A stretch of 64,000 nt of DNA, from IMG/VR virus record IMGVR_UViG_3300044490_000560. The stretch is one strand, 5' to 3'. Position 1 is the first letter of the stretch, and every line of letters begins with the position of its first letter. Below the pieces are notes generated by a model that was given only the letters and a program-made list of their open reading frames with translations, searched no databases and was not told where the DNA came from. Shown here piece after piece: positions 17,997 through 26,878 of the stretch. Source of the DNA: an uncultured virus (IMG/VR IMGVR_UViG_3300044490_000560) (lineage: Duplodnaviria; Heunggongvirae; Uroviricota; Caudoviricetes). Both the position numbers and the translations under genes were made by a program.

Positions 17997-19479
17997 TCTC
18001 TTTTGCGGCGCCGGTGGCACGTCCACCGGCGTCGTTCAGGCCGGGATGGAGCTGAACCTGCGGCTGAATCTGGTGGCGATCAATCATTGGGCCCGGGCCG
18101 TTGCGACCCACGAGCGCAACCACCCCTGGGCCCGGCACGTTTGCGCCGACCTGGCCAGCAATGAAGCGGATCCGAACCGGCTGGTGCCGGGCGGCCGCCT
18201 GCACCTGCTGGCCGCCAGTCCTGAATGCACACATCACAGCCGGGCGCGCGGCGGCAAGCCGTGTAGCGACCAGAGCCGCGCCAGCGCCATGCACGTGATT
18301 CATTGGGCGACCCGGCTGCGCGTCCAGGACATCCTGGTCGAGAACGTCCAGGAGTTCGAGGAGTGGGGGCCGTTGCTGAACGAGCGGACCTTCTTCAACG
18401 GCCGGTGGTATGCCAAGGACAGTCCGGACCCGCGCCGCAAGGGTGAGGCTTTCCGGGCCTGGGTCAACATGCTGGCGGCCCTGGGCTACAAGGTGGAGTG
18501 GCGGGTACTGAACGCCGCGGACTACGGAGAGGCAACGACCCGCAAGCGACTGTTCGTGCGGGCGACACTCGGGACCGGCATCGTCTGGCCGGTTGGCACG
18601 CATGTCGGCAAGTGGCGGGCCGCCCGGGAGATCATCGACTGGAGCCTGCCGAACCAGTCGATCTTCAACCGCGCCCGACCGTTGGCACCGAAGACGCTGC
18701 AGCGCATCGAAGCCGGGCTGCGAAAGTTCGGCGGCGAAGCGTTCATCGCGGTGCTACGGGGGACGCAGGAGTCGCAGGCGGGGGCCTGGGCGAAGCCGTT
18801 GAGTGAACCTCTTGGTACGATCAGCGCCGGCGGGATTCATGCCGCGTTGTGCGAACCAGAAAACACAACCTCTGGGCAAGCCTTCATAGTGCCGATGGAG
18901 CACAGCGGGCGCGGCGCGTTGCGCTCGACCGAGCAGCCCCTGCCAACGATCACGACGGCGAAAGCCGGCGCGATCGGGTTGTGCGAACCGTTCGTGGTGA
19001 ACGTGGCGCATGACGGAGCGGACGCGTCTCGGTGCCGGAGTGTCGAGCAACCGTTGTCGACAATTCCGGCTGGCCATCGCGGCGGGCACGCACTGTGCGA
19101 GCCATTTGTCCTCAGTCCGTCGTCGGGTGGGGTGCCTCGAAGCGTTTCGCAGCCTATCCCGACCATCTGTACGGAAGCACGCGGAATGGCTCTGTGCGAG
19201 CCGTTCGTGACGAAGTACTACGGGACGGGCATCGCGAAACCCGTATCGGCCCCATTGGACACGGTGACGGCGAAAGGCCGATTCGCTCTGGTTGAGCCGG
19301 GGCGGTTGGACATCCGGTTTCGGATGCTGCAGCCGCACGAATTGGCCCGGGCCATGGGGTTCGACGGGTACGAGTTCACCGGAAACAAGACCGAGCAGGT
19401 GCGTCAGGTCGGCAACGCCGTCAGTGTGCGGCAGGCCAAGGCCTTGGCGCGGACGATTCTGCGGCAGTATGCCGCTTGA
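17980..19479 (+). CDS. DNA (cytosine-5)-methyltransferase
   Basis: DLFCGAGG (motif I), SPEC (IV), ENV (VI), RKRLF (VIII), GNAV (X); repeated PLxTI...LCEP variable region. Confidence 0.95.
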   Translation: MIEMADLFCGAGGTSTGVVQAGMELNLRLNLVAINHWARAVATHERNHPWARHVCADLASNEADPNRLVPGGRLHLLAASPECTHHSRARGGKPCSDQSRASAMHVIHWATRLRVQDILVENVQEFEEWGPLLNERTFFNGRWYAKDSPDPRRKGEAFRAWVNMLAALGYKVEWRVLNAADYGEATTRKRLFVRATLGTGIVWPVGTHVGKWRAAREIIDWSLPNQSIFNRARPLAPKTLQRIEAGLRKFGGEAFIAVLRGTQESQAGAWAKPLSEPLGTISAGGIHAALCEPENTTSGQAFIVPMEHSGRGALRSTEQPLPTITTAKAGAIGLCEPFVVNVAHDGADASRCRSVEQPLSTIPAGHRGGHALCEPFVLSPSSGGVPRSVSQPIPTICTEARGMALCEPFVTKYYGTGIAKPVSAPLDTVTAKGRFALVEPGRLDIRFRMLQPHELARAMGFDGYEFTGNKTEQVRQVGNAVSVRQAKALARTILRQYAA

Positions 19480-19500
19480 AGGAAGGAAGGAAGGACCGCC

Positions 19501-19956
19501 GTGGGAAAATGCATGAACCATGAAGGGTGCGACTCATTCGGCTTTGCCGGCGAGTCGTGCCCTGTCTGCGCGGAACTGGGGGCGCTGCGTCGAGAGGCGC
19601 AGCGCCTGACCGACAAGATCGTGGAACTCGAGAGCGGGGCGCGTAAGCGGGTCCGATACGAGACCTGCGAACCTGGATACTTGCACATTCAGCACGCAGA
19701 GGCTAAGATCATGGTCTTGGATCTGCCGCTGGATGTGCGAATGAAGGTGTTCGACGCGCTTCGCGAACTGAACGACGAGGAGCGGGTCTTTCGAGGCCTC
19801 TGCCCCCTCACTAACCAGCTGGACCTGGCGGAAGGCCGGATCCGGCAAAGCGAGCAACCGGAGAAAGAATCATGTCCAACAAAGCCGCCCGTTTCCCCTG
19901 CCCCTTCGTCACCAATCCCGCCACCCACGGCCCCCGCGCACGCAAGCGGTGCATAG
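19501..19956 (+). CDS. hypothetical protein
   Basis: AAGGA RBS, GTG start. Confidence 0.5.
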   Translation: MGKCMNHEGCDSFGFAGESCPVCAELGALRREAQRLTDKIVELESGARKRVRYETCEPGYLHIQHAEAKIMVLDLPLDVRMKVFDALRELNDEERVFRGLCPLTNQLDLAEGRIRQSEQPEKESCPTKPPVSPAPSSPIPPPTAPAHASGA

Positions 19957-20198
19957 TCTGCCGAGGGGTTGGTAGCGTCAAGGTTCCCATGTCCGCCGGG
20001 CTGTACATCACGATGGCCGGCCAATACTGCCCCTGCTGCGGTTCCACGCAGATGAGCGGCGGAAGTATCGACATGGGCAGCGGTCAGACGTCTCAGTCTA
20101 TCTCCTGCCTCCATTGCGACGCCCGGTGGACAGACGTCTACGTGCTGTCGAACATGTGCGACCTGCAGCCGGGTGAAAGAAAGGAAGAAACGCGATGA
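19872..20198 (+). CDS. zinc-ribbon protein
   Basis: CxxC pairs: CIVC, CPCC, CLHC...W.DVY. Confidence 0.6.
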   Translation: MSNKAARFPCPFVTNPATHGPRARKRCIVCRGVGSVKVPMSAGLYITMAGQYCPCCGSTQMSGGSIDMGSGQTSQSISCLHCDARWTDVYVLSNMCDLQPGERKEETR

Positions 20199-20431
20199 CC
20201 GTTTCAATCGCTGTCGTGCACCACGAGCATGGCATAAACGTCTATGTCGCCAAAACGCCGAAGGGGCTGACGCGTCAGTTGGCGGATTACGCAGCTGACT
20301 GGTGGTCGGACATTTCCGACAAGCCACGTCCGCCGGCCTCTTGGTCGCCGGGTCGGATTGTTCGGGAGTACTTTTCGAAACAAGCGTCGGAATACTACGA
20401 TCGCTACGACCGCATGGAAGTGGAGGACTGA
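20195..20431 (+). CDS. hypothetical protein
   Basis: AAGGA RBS; ATGA coupling. Confidence 0.6.
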   Translation: MTVSIAVVHHEHGINVYVAKTPKGLTRQLADYAADWWSDISDKPRPPASWSPGRIVREYFSKQASEYYDRYDRMEVED

Positions 20432-20433
20432 TC

Positions 20434-21747
20434 ATGATTACGCCGTACGACTGGCAAGAGCCGCTGATTCAGACCGTCGTTGGATCGCTGACGAAGGACC
20501 GCGTCTTCGTTTCCGGTTACCCGACCGGCGCTGGGAAGACCGTCATCTCGTTGGCGGCGGCCAAGCGGTTCGGCGGTCCGCATCTGGTCATCGCGCCGAA
20601 GGTCTCGATCACGAAGTGGTGGCGGACCGCTGATGCGATGGCGATGCGAGACCAGCTCGTCGGCGTTCTCAACCCGGAACGGGTCAACGGTCCGAGAGGA
20701 TCCGAGTTCTACACCCGGGAACAGCGATGGAAATTACCGCCCGGCACCACGGTCATTTGGGACGAGCCCCACCGTGGTGCCTCCGGCCCGAAGTCGGTAT
20801 TGACCCGGGCGCTGGCCGAGCTGAAGGCCTACGCCCGGGCGTTGCACGCCATGTCGGCCACGGTGGCGGATTCGCCGCTCAAGCTGCGGGCGTTGGGTTG
20901 GTGGTGCGGGCTGCACCAGTTTCACGACTCCAGCTTCTACGGTTGGTGCCGGCAGAACGGCTGCAAGAAGGTGGAGATCGGCTGGGGGCCGATGTCGGCC
21001 GGGCGGACCGCCCTCAAGTTCACCGTGAACGCCAAGCTCGCCCAGGCCCACATGGCGGCCATCCGGCGGGCCATGGGGACCAAGTTCCAGTCACTGCGGG
21101 CGGACGACATCCCGGGCTTTCCGACCCAAACCGTGGCTATCAAGTTGGTCGACCTGGAAGACCGGCAACGCAGTGAGGTGGACGCGGCCTATGCGGCCAT
21201 GTCCGAGCGGATGACGACGTTGGCCCGGTCCCAAATGGCCGAGTTGGGGCGTGAACGAGAGCGCATCGAGTTCGTGGTCGCGACGGCCCTGGCCGACCTG
21301 GCCGCGGAGTATGTCGCAGCGGGCAACTCCGTCGTGACGTTTTTCAGTTTCACGGAGCCGCGGCTGCGTTTCGAGGCGGCGCTGCGGGAGCTGGAAGTGC
21401 CGGTCGTCAGTGTCCACGGGGACCAGAAGGAGACAGACCGGCAGGTCGCGATTGACGCCTTTCAACGTAACGAAATCCACGCCATTTCCGTTATGACCAA
21501 GGCCGGCGGTGTGGCCTTGGACCTACACGACTGCCTGAAGCAGCGGCCGCGGGTCTCGCTGATCACACCGACGTACGAGGCGGACCTGGTGAAGCAGAAC
21601 CTGGGGCGTATCCGGCGGTGCGAAGGCACGCACGCGACCCAGTTCATCGTTCTCGTGGCGGGAACAATCCAGGAGAAGGTGGTCCTCTCGTTGGAGAGGA
21701 AGATCAAGAACATCGACACACTCAACGACACGGACTTGATTCCGTGA
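20434..21747 (+). CDS. superfamily 2 DNA helicase
   Basis: PTGAGKT Walker A, DEPH (DExH), SAT, GGVALDL, QNLGRIRR. Confidence 0.92.
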   Translation: MITPYDWQEPLIQTVVGSLTKDRVFVSGYPTGAGKTVISLAAAKRFGGPHLVIAPKVSITKWWRTADAMAMRDQLVGVLNPERVNGPRGSEFYTREQRWKLPPGTTVIWDEPHRGASGPKSVLTRALAELKAYARALHAMSATVADSPLKLRALGWWCGLHQFHDSSFYGWCRQNGCKKVEIGWGPMSAGRTALKFTVNAKLAQAHMAAIRRAMGTKFQSLRADDIPGFPTQTVAIKLVDLEDRQRSEVDAAYAAMSERMTTLARSQMAELGRERERIEFVVATALADLAAEYVAAGNSVVTFFSFTEPRLRFEAALRELEVPVVSVHGDQKETDRQVAIDAFQRNEIHAISVMTKAGGVALDLHDCLKQRPRVSLITPTYEADLVKQNLGRIRRCEGTHATQFIVLVAGTIQEKVVLSLERKIKNIDTLNDTDLIP

Positions 21748-21757
21748 GGAGAAGCGT

Positions 21758-22270
21758 ATGACCATTCAGAACCTGTGTACGGCTTACCAGCGGCAAACGG
21801 CGGAACGGAATGCGTTGCAGGAACAGACCACAGTGTTGGTCCGGCGTATCGAAGACCTGCAGCGGACGTGGATCGAAATGATCATCCATCCGCTTGGCGC
21901 GTTGATCGCCAAGTACTTCAAGCACCGGGCGAAAAACGGCTACTACGCAGTGAAGATCCCGCTGTATCCGGTGCACGTGAACTACGGCGGGCCGTTCGGG
22001 CTTTGCGCCCGCGCGACGATCGAGGTGAAGCGGAAGTCGAACGTCCTGTTCGCCGCGTCATTCGAGACCCGGGATCTGTCGACGGAGCACCCGCGACTCT
22101 TGGTGGTGGACTGGAATCGGCCCATTCCGGTCGCGGAGCAGTATCCGGCCAACAGCGTCGAAGCTATTAATCGCATCGGACAGCCGACCATCGATGTGAC
22201 AAACTGGTCGGTGCCCAAGTTGATCCGGTGGGCTCAAACACAAACGCGTGCCGAAAGGAGAAGGGCATGA
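21758..22270 (+). CDS. hypothetical protein
   Basis: GAGGAG RBS. Confidence 0.65.
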   Translation: MTIQNLCTAYQRQTAERNALQEQTTVLVRRIEDLQRTWIEMIIHPLGALIAKYFKHRAKNGYYAVKIPLYPVHVNYGGPFGLCARATIEVKRKSNVLFAASFETRDLSTEHPRLLVVDWNRPIPVAEQYPANSVEAINRIGQPTIDVTNWSVPKLIRWAQTQTRAERRRA

Positions 22271-22584
22271 GCCGACAACCGAAGCTGACGAATGTGTCCA
22301 GTCCCCGCGGGGCGCCCATGGGGCGCCCCAACGTCCTGCCCGACCCGGAGGACGCTCGGCGGGTCAAGATGCGCCTGGTCTATCTGGCCATGGTCGACCA
22401 CGACTATGACCGGGGCGGCGCCTACTGGGGCGGATGGTCGCAGACGTCCGGCGGCATGTGGTGTGCCTGGAATGAGCGCCAGGGGTACTACGTGTTTGTC
22501 CGCGCTGTGGACCGCAAGAGCGCCCAAGCGGCCGTCAAGGCCGTGATGCCAACGGCTCGTTTCTACAACAGGAGCGTCGTATGA
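22267..22584 (+). CDS. conserved phage protein (GAPMGR...YDxGGAYWG)
   Basis: AAGGAG RBS; recognisable motif. Confidence 0.75.
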   Translation: MSRQPKLTNVSSPRGAPMGRPNVLPDPEDARRVKMRLVYLAMVDHDYDRGGAYWGGWSQTSGGMWCAWNERQGYYVFVRAVDRKSAQAAVKAVMPTARFYNRSVV

Positions 22585-22769
22585 GTGTACGCGAGCAGAT
22601 CATCGCCAAGATGCAGGCCGCCGGGTACGACGTCTTCACGGCCTGCGAAGAAACTGACCGAGTACTGGCCGAGTTCCGGGCCTCCGGGGAGAAGACCCGG
22701 AAGTTCGGCGTCATGGCCAACCGAACGTGCGTAGACGCGTTCGAACTGAGAAAGGAAACTGGGAAATGA
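22581..22769 (+). CDS. hypothetical protein
   Basis: AGGAG RBS; ATGA coupling on both ends. Confidence 0.6.
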   Translation: MSVREQIIAKMQAAGYDVFTACEETDRVLAEFRASGEKTRKFGVMANRTCVDAFELRKETGK

Positions 22770-23203
22770 AAAAGACCATCACGATCGCAGGCGGAACGTA
22801 CGTTCCCGACTGGTGCGATGACCATACCCACTTCGTCGCCACGGTCACACGAGACGGATTCGCTCACATGCAACGATTGGCCGCGCTCGTCAAACTGCAC
22901 AACCTGTACGCAGTAGAGCTGTTCGACTGGTCCTGCGAGTCGTTTCCCTGCTTGCCGGCGCAGCGTTGGGCGTCGTATGATGTTCTGACTACTGACCGGA
23001 GTGAACTGCAGCGACTTCGTCGCGGGCAACCCTGTCCCGCGCCCAGCCGAGCGGACTGCATGACGCTGATCATCACGGACGATTCTATCCGTTGGAACTG
23101 GGTGCCGAAACACGCGGATAGTCGTGACCTGTGCACAACGCATAACATACCGATCAAAGATCTGCAGCGCGCGTTTGAAGCGCCTGCCAAGAAAAGGAAG
23201 TAA
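22766..23203 (+). CDS. hypothetical protein
   Basis: AAGGA RBS. Confidence 0.6.
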   Translation: MKKTITIAGGTYVPDWCDDHTHFVATVTRDGFAHMQRLAALVKLHNLYAVELFDWSCESFPCLPAQRWASYDVLTTDRSELQRLRRGQPCPAPSRADCMTLIITDDSIRWNWVPKHADSRDLCTTHNIPIKDLQRAFEAPAKKRK

Positions 23204-23206
23204 CCC

Positions 23207-24514
23207 ATGAGTACCTTGTATCCCCGACCCTCTCACATGCCCTGGCTCGAAGCCTGTTCGCGATGGGTGTCGCGACCCAAGGCCGAGACTGAAGCCGATC
23301 AGGACGCGTTGGACGAAGCGGCCGCCGAGGGCACGATCGTCCATGCCGCCATGGAGCGGTTGGTCCTGAACCACGCGCCGGACGGCTGGGACGCCGCGAT
23401 CGAGGCGGACGGCGAGATCCTGCCCGCGCTCAAGCCGCTGGTGCGCGAGTGCGCTGCGCAGATCATGGACCTGTTCATCGCGCAGCCGAAGGTGTACGGC
23501 CGGGCCAGCTTCGGCTTGGAGACCGACGACCGGATGGAACTGGTGCCGCTGAAGTGCGTGACGCCGCCGGAAGGGTCGGACTGGTCCGCCAGGATCATCC
23601 TGTCGGACCGGGCGGGCAAGCTGACGGCCGTCGATTCGCCGGCCGTGCTGTGCGAGCTGGGCGTCGACCCGGACGTCACCCTGCCCGGCACGTTGGACCT
23701 GCTGTTCGTGCAGGGCAACCGCGCCGTCCTGGTGGACTTCAAGACCAACCGGGTGGTGCGGGCGCATGACCGGCAGCTCGAGGCGTACGCCGTCGGGGTC
23801 TTTGCGGCCCTGCCGTTCGTCGACTTCGTCGAGATCCGGATCGTCACGCCGCGCTTGGGCGAAGTGCACAAGCCGGTGTTGCTGACCCGCCAGGAAGACG
23901 AAGCCCGACTGATCGCCGAGCTGAAGCACATCGTGGAGCAGGCCGAAGACCCGTTCACGCCCGGCCATCCTGGCGAAGCCTGCGCGTTCTGCGCTGGCAA
24001 CGGCCGGTGTCCGTATCAGGCGGCCACGCTGCGGGACATCCCCGTGGCGGTGGAGGCGCTGGTGAAGCCCCACGAGTGGGCGGCCATGCTGGCGGAGGAC
24101 CTGACGCCCGAGCTGCGAGGGCAGCGCCGGCAGGTCGTCTCCTGGCTCAAGAAGTTCGCGGAGGCCGTGACGGACAACGACAAGGCGTGGGCGGAAGCCA
24201 ATCCGGACGCTGAGCTGCCGGGGTTCACCAAGGTGGTGCAGCAGGGCCGGATGACGCTCGACAAGGCCGACCTGGCCGCGGCGAACGAAAGTTTGCGCTT
24301 GGCGTTCGGCCTGGAATATCCGATACTGGTTGCGTTTCTGGTGCCGGACCGGACGCAGTTGGCGGAGTTCCTGGCCTTGCACCGAGGGCTCACGAATGAA
24401 GAGGCCAAGCGGCAGATCTCGCAAGCGTTGTCGGCGCACGAAAAGCGCGGGGCGCCGATCGTAGCGTTCCGGGCAGTCAAGAAGGAAGGCAAGACGCGGG
24501 TTCTGCGCGCCTAG
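23207..24514 (+). CDS. Cas4-like / DUF2800-type PD-(D/E)XK exonuclease
   Basis: AEGTIVH, GTLD, VDFKT, QLxAYA, CAFC...CP Fe-S cysteines. Confidence 0.85.
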   Translation: MSTLYPRPSHMPWLEACSRWVSRPKAETEADQDALDEAAAEGTIVHAAMERLVLNHAPDGWDAAIEADGEILPALKPLVRECAAQIMDLFIAQPKVYGRASFGLETDDRMELVPLKCVTPPEGSDWSARIILSDRAGKLTAVDSPAVLCELGVDPDVTLPGTLDLLFVQGNRAVLVDFKTNRVVRAHDRQLEAYAVGVFAALPFVDFVEIRIVTPRLGEVHKPVLLTRQEDEARLIAELKHIVEQAEDPFTPGHPGEACAFCAGNGRCPYQAATLRDIPVAVEALVKPHEWAAMLAEDLTPELRGQRRQVVSWLKKFAEAVTDNDKAWAEANPDAELPGFTKVVQQGRMTLDKADLAAANESLRLAFGLEYPILVAFLVPDRTQLAEFLALHRGLTNEEAKRQISQALSAHEKRGAPIVAFRAVKKEGKTRVLRA

Positions 24515-24584
24515 AAACACAATCTTCGGGACAAGATCCGGACATGGTGTCCGGATCTTTGTCCGGAAGCAACAAGGAGGCCAC

Positions 24585-24863
24585 ATGGCCGAGAGAACAA
24601 CGCCCAGGGACAACCCCGGGCCGATGACGACCTGGGTGGGTCGTTGGGGTACCGACGGACAGGGGCACAAAACCTTCACGGTGCTCTGGGAGAAGGTCGG
24701 CGCCAATCACAAGAACGTGAAGCATGCGATCATGGGCTTGCCTGCGACCGAAGACCAGCCCGCTGTTCCGGGCCTGGGCTACGGGATCTACGACACGCTC
24801 GTGGGTCGTCCGGGCGACAAGCCGCTGGAGTACAAGAAGGTCGAGCGGGACGTGCTCGGCTGA
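24585..24863 (+). CDS. hypothetical protein
   Basis: AAGGAGG RBS; strong GC3 bias. Confidence 0.7.
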   Translation: MAERTTPRDNPGPMTTWVGRWGTDGQGHKTFTVLWEKVGANHKNVKHAIMGLPATEDQPAVPGLGYGIYDTLVGRPGDKPLEYKKVERDVLG

Positions 24864-24907
24864 TCGCTGCGCGGCATTCGTAACAACGCAACAAAGGGAC
24901 AAAGCAA

Positions 24908-25828
24908 ATGGATAACCAAGAGACCAGCGGCGCGGCACCCGCCTCGCCGGCAAGTGGAACGGTCAGCCATATCGGCGCAGGCGGCTTGGCCGCTCCCGAT
25001 ACGGCGGCCCTGCAGACCATGGAAGGCGCGGGGGCCGTAGCGACCCGTGGCGCCCTGGCGCTGGATGGCACGTACACGCCCGCGGAAGCGCGCCTGTACA
25101 CGTCGTTCATGAAGATCTCCTACGGCGTCGGGTTCGGCGCCGAGCTGGGGGTCGCGCCGGGCTCGCTCGTCCTCGACAAGAAGGACGTCGTCGCGGGACC
25201 GCGCATCCCGGTGGTGGGCATCATCCTGCAAGCCCGCGGCTTCTGGCGCGAGTGGAAGGACTACGACGGGACGACCCTGCCGAAGGACTTCAACACGGAG
25301 GCGGACGCCATCAAGGCGGGCTTCCAGACGCAGAATCCGCCGTTCGGTTCCGGCCTGCCGCTGCGCAATTGCGCGCCGGCGGTGGACCTGGCGCTGTTCC
25401 TGCGCAAACCGACGACCGGGACGTCCAGCATGGCCTTCACGTACCTGCTGAATGGCCAGCTGTACGCGCCGGTGCGGTTCGTGGTGGACGGCGCCCGGTT
25501 CCAGAACATCGCGCGGGTGCTGGACCAGCTGCCCAAGCTGGATGCCGCCGACCGCGGCGTGCCGCCGGGTGAAGGCGTCACCAGCGCCTACTTCGTCACG
25601 TTCACGACCGACCCGATCGTGAAGCCGGGCAAGGTGCCCGGCGAGATGCCGAAGACGATCGTGAAGCTGTGGATGTCCCTGCTGCTGGATGCGAACCAGC
25701 GGCCCGTCAAGGTGGACCCGAAGACGGTCCAGGACATCGCGGCCATCACGGCGCAACTGAAGGCGGCGGCCTCGGCGCAGGCGGCGGTGTCCGCCGAAGA
25801 GCCGGCGGACGCTCCGATCCCGTTCTAA
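24908..25828 (+). CDS. probable single-stranded DNA-binding protein
   Basis: Between exonuclease and PolA; acidic tail ending IPF; high-expression codon bias; followed by a terminator. Confidence 0.55.
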   Translation: MDNQETSGAAPASPASGTVSHIGAGGLAAPDTAALQTMEGAGAVATRGALALDGTYTPAEARLYTSFMKISYGVGFGAELGVAPGSLVLDKKDVVAGPRIPVVGIILQARGFWREWKDYDGTTLPKDFNTEADAIKAGFQTQNPPFGSGLPLRNCAPAVDLALFLRKPTTGTSSMAFTYLLNGQLYAPVRFVVDGARFQNIARVLDQLPKLDAADRGVPPGEGVTSAYFVTFTTDPIVKPGKVPGEMPKTIVKLWMSLLLDANQRPVKVDPKTVQDIAAITAQLKAAASAQAAVSAEEPADAPIPF

Positions 25829-25851
25829 GGGCTCGGACCAACGAACCGATG

Positions 25852-25891
25852 ACAGGCCCGGGGAGTTCTCCCCGGGCCTGTTTGCGTTTTT
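25852..25891 (+). terminator. intrinsic terminator
   Basis: ACAGGCCCGGGGAG-TT-CTCCCCGGGCCTGT followed by TTGCGTTTTT. Confidence 0.8.
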
Positions 25892-25905
25892 CAGGAGAAA
25901 CGAAA

Positions 25906-26529
25906 ATGCTGTCATTGTGGATTAGCGACGGGAATCGGAAGCTGGGAAACATTCCGAACCTGAGCATGCTGCCGCTGGTGACCTGCGAGCCGGATGTGCC
26001 GTGTCGCCGTGAGTGCTACGCGTTGCGTACTCTCAGGGGCATGTACCGGAAGTCCGTGCTGCCGTCATGGGCGGAGAACACGCTGCTCTGGTCGGCGGAC
26101 CCGGCGCGGTTCGAGGACGAGTTCCATCAATGGGTCGCCAAGCGCCGAAGGCCGCCGAAGCAGTTTCGGTGGTTCGTCGGCGGAGACATCCCGGACATGC
26201 AGTTCCTGGACTTCATGGAGCGGGCCGCCGTTACGAACCCGGGGACGCAGTTCCGCGGGTTCACGAAGCGGTACACGCTCCTGCAGCGCCGGCTGGAGGA
26301 GCTGCGACCATTGCCCCGCAACCTGCACCTGGGGTTCAGTGCGTGGCCCGGCTGGAGGGACGAAGAGACGGAACTGCTGTCGCGCTTCTATCGGGTGGCG
26401 TGGTTCCAGCCGCGAAACAACCCGGATCCCCGCATGCCGAAGAAGACCTTCGTGTGCCCGGGGTCGTGCACGACGTGCAGCCATTGCTTCACGCAAGGGA
26501 CTGGCGACGTGGCTTTGCCGCAACACTGA
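25906..26529 (+). CDS. Gp88-like Fe-S (radical-SAM-like) protein
   Basis: GNxKLG, TC-x5-C-x3-CYA, FRWxxxGDI, FTK, C-terminal CPGSCTTCSHC. Confidence 0.75.
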   Translation: MLSLWISDGNRKLGNIPNLSMLPLVTCEPDVPCRRECYALRTLRGMYRKSVLPSWAENTLLWSADPARFEDEFHQWVAKRRRPPKQFRWFVGGDIPDMQFLDFMERAAVTNPGTQFRGFTKRYTLLQRRLEELRPLPRNLHLGFSAWPGWRDEETELLSRFYRVAWFQPRNNPDPRMPKKTFVCPGSCTTCSHCFTQGTGDVALPQH

Positions 26530-26543
26530 GAGGAGACGCAACG

Positions 26544-26762
26544 ATGAAGACGATCAGCGTCGTGCCGACCAACGGCCGTGACTACGCAAGCATTTCGGCC
26601 GCCCGGCGCGACTGGGACGAAGGGAAAGACTTCAAGGTCGCGGATCTGCACGACCAATGGGACGGGAAGCCGATCAACAAGGCCGACGCGGCGGGAGCCG
26701 CGGTGCGTGTCCGGTTCAAGAACCTGCGCCAGGTCGGCTGGTTGCAGAACGCCCCGAAGTGA
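26544..26762 (+). CDS. small conserved phage protein (GRDY...DW..GKDF)
   Basis: GAGGAG RBS; recognisable motif. Confidence 0.7.
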   Translation: MKTISVVPTNGRDYASISAARRDWDEGKDFKVADLHDQWDGKPINKADAAGAAVRVRFKNLRQVGWLQNAPK

Positions 26763-26786
26763 CAAACCCCGTCGTAAGGGTTTGGG

Positions 26787-26820
26787 AGAGCCAGGCCCGA
26801 AAGGGCTTGGCTCTTTTTTC
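26787..26820 (+). terminator. intrinsic terminator
   Basis: AGAGCCAGGCCC-GAAA-GGGCTTGGCTCT followed by a T-run. Confidence 0.85.
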
Positions 26821-26823
26821 TCG

Positions 26824-26853
26824 TTGCGTCGACCCGCCGCTTCGTGTTACTCT
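26824..26853 (+). promoter_or_regulatory. sigma70-type promoter of DNA polymerase operon
   Basis: TTGCGT-18-TACTCT with extended TGn; lies right after the terminator. Confidence 0.55.
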
Positions 26854-26878
26854 ACACGCGCAAGGAAAGGAAGGCTCG

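Noticed and set aside
23207..24514. cas4 as part of a CRISPR-Cas system
   Set aside because: Stand-alone in a nuclease-SSB-PolA replication context, with no array or other cas genes.
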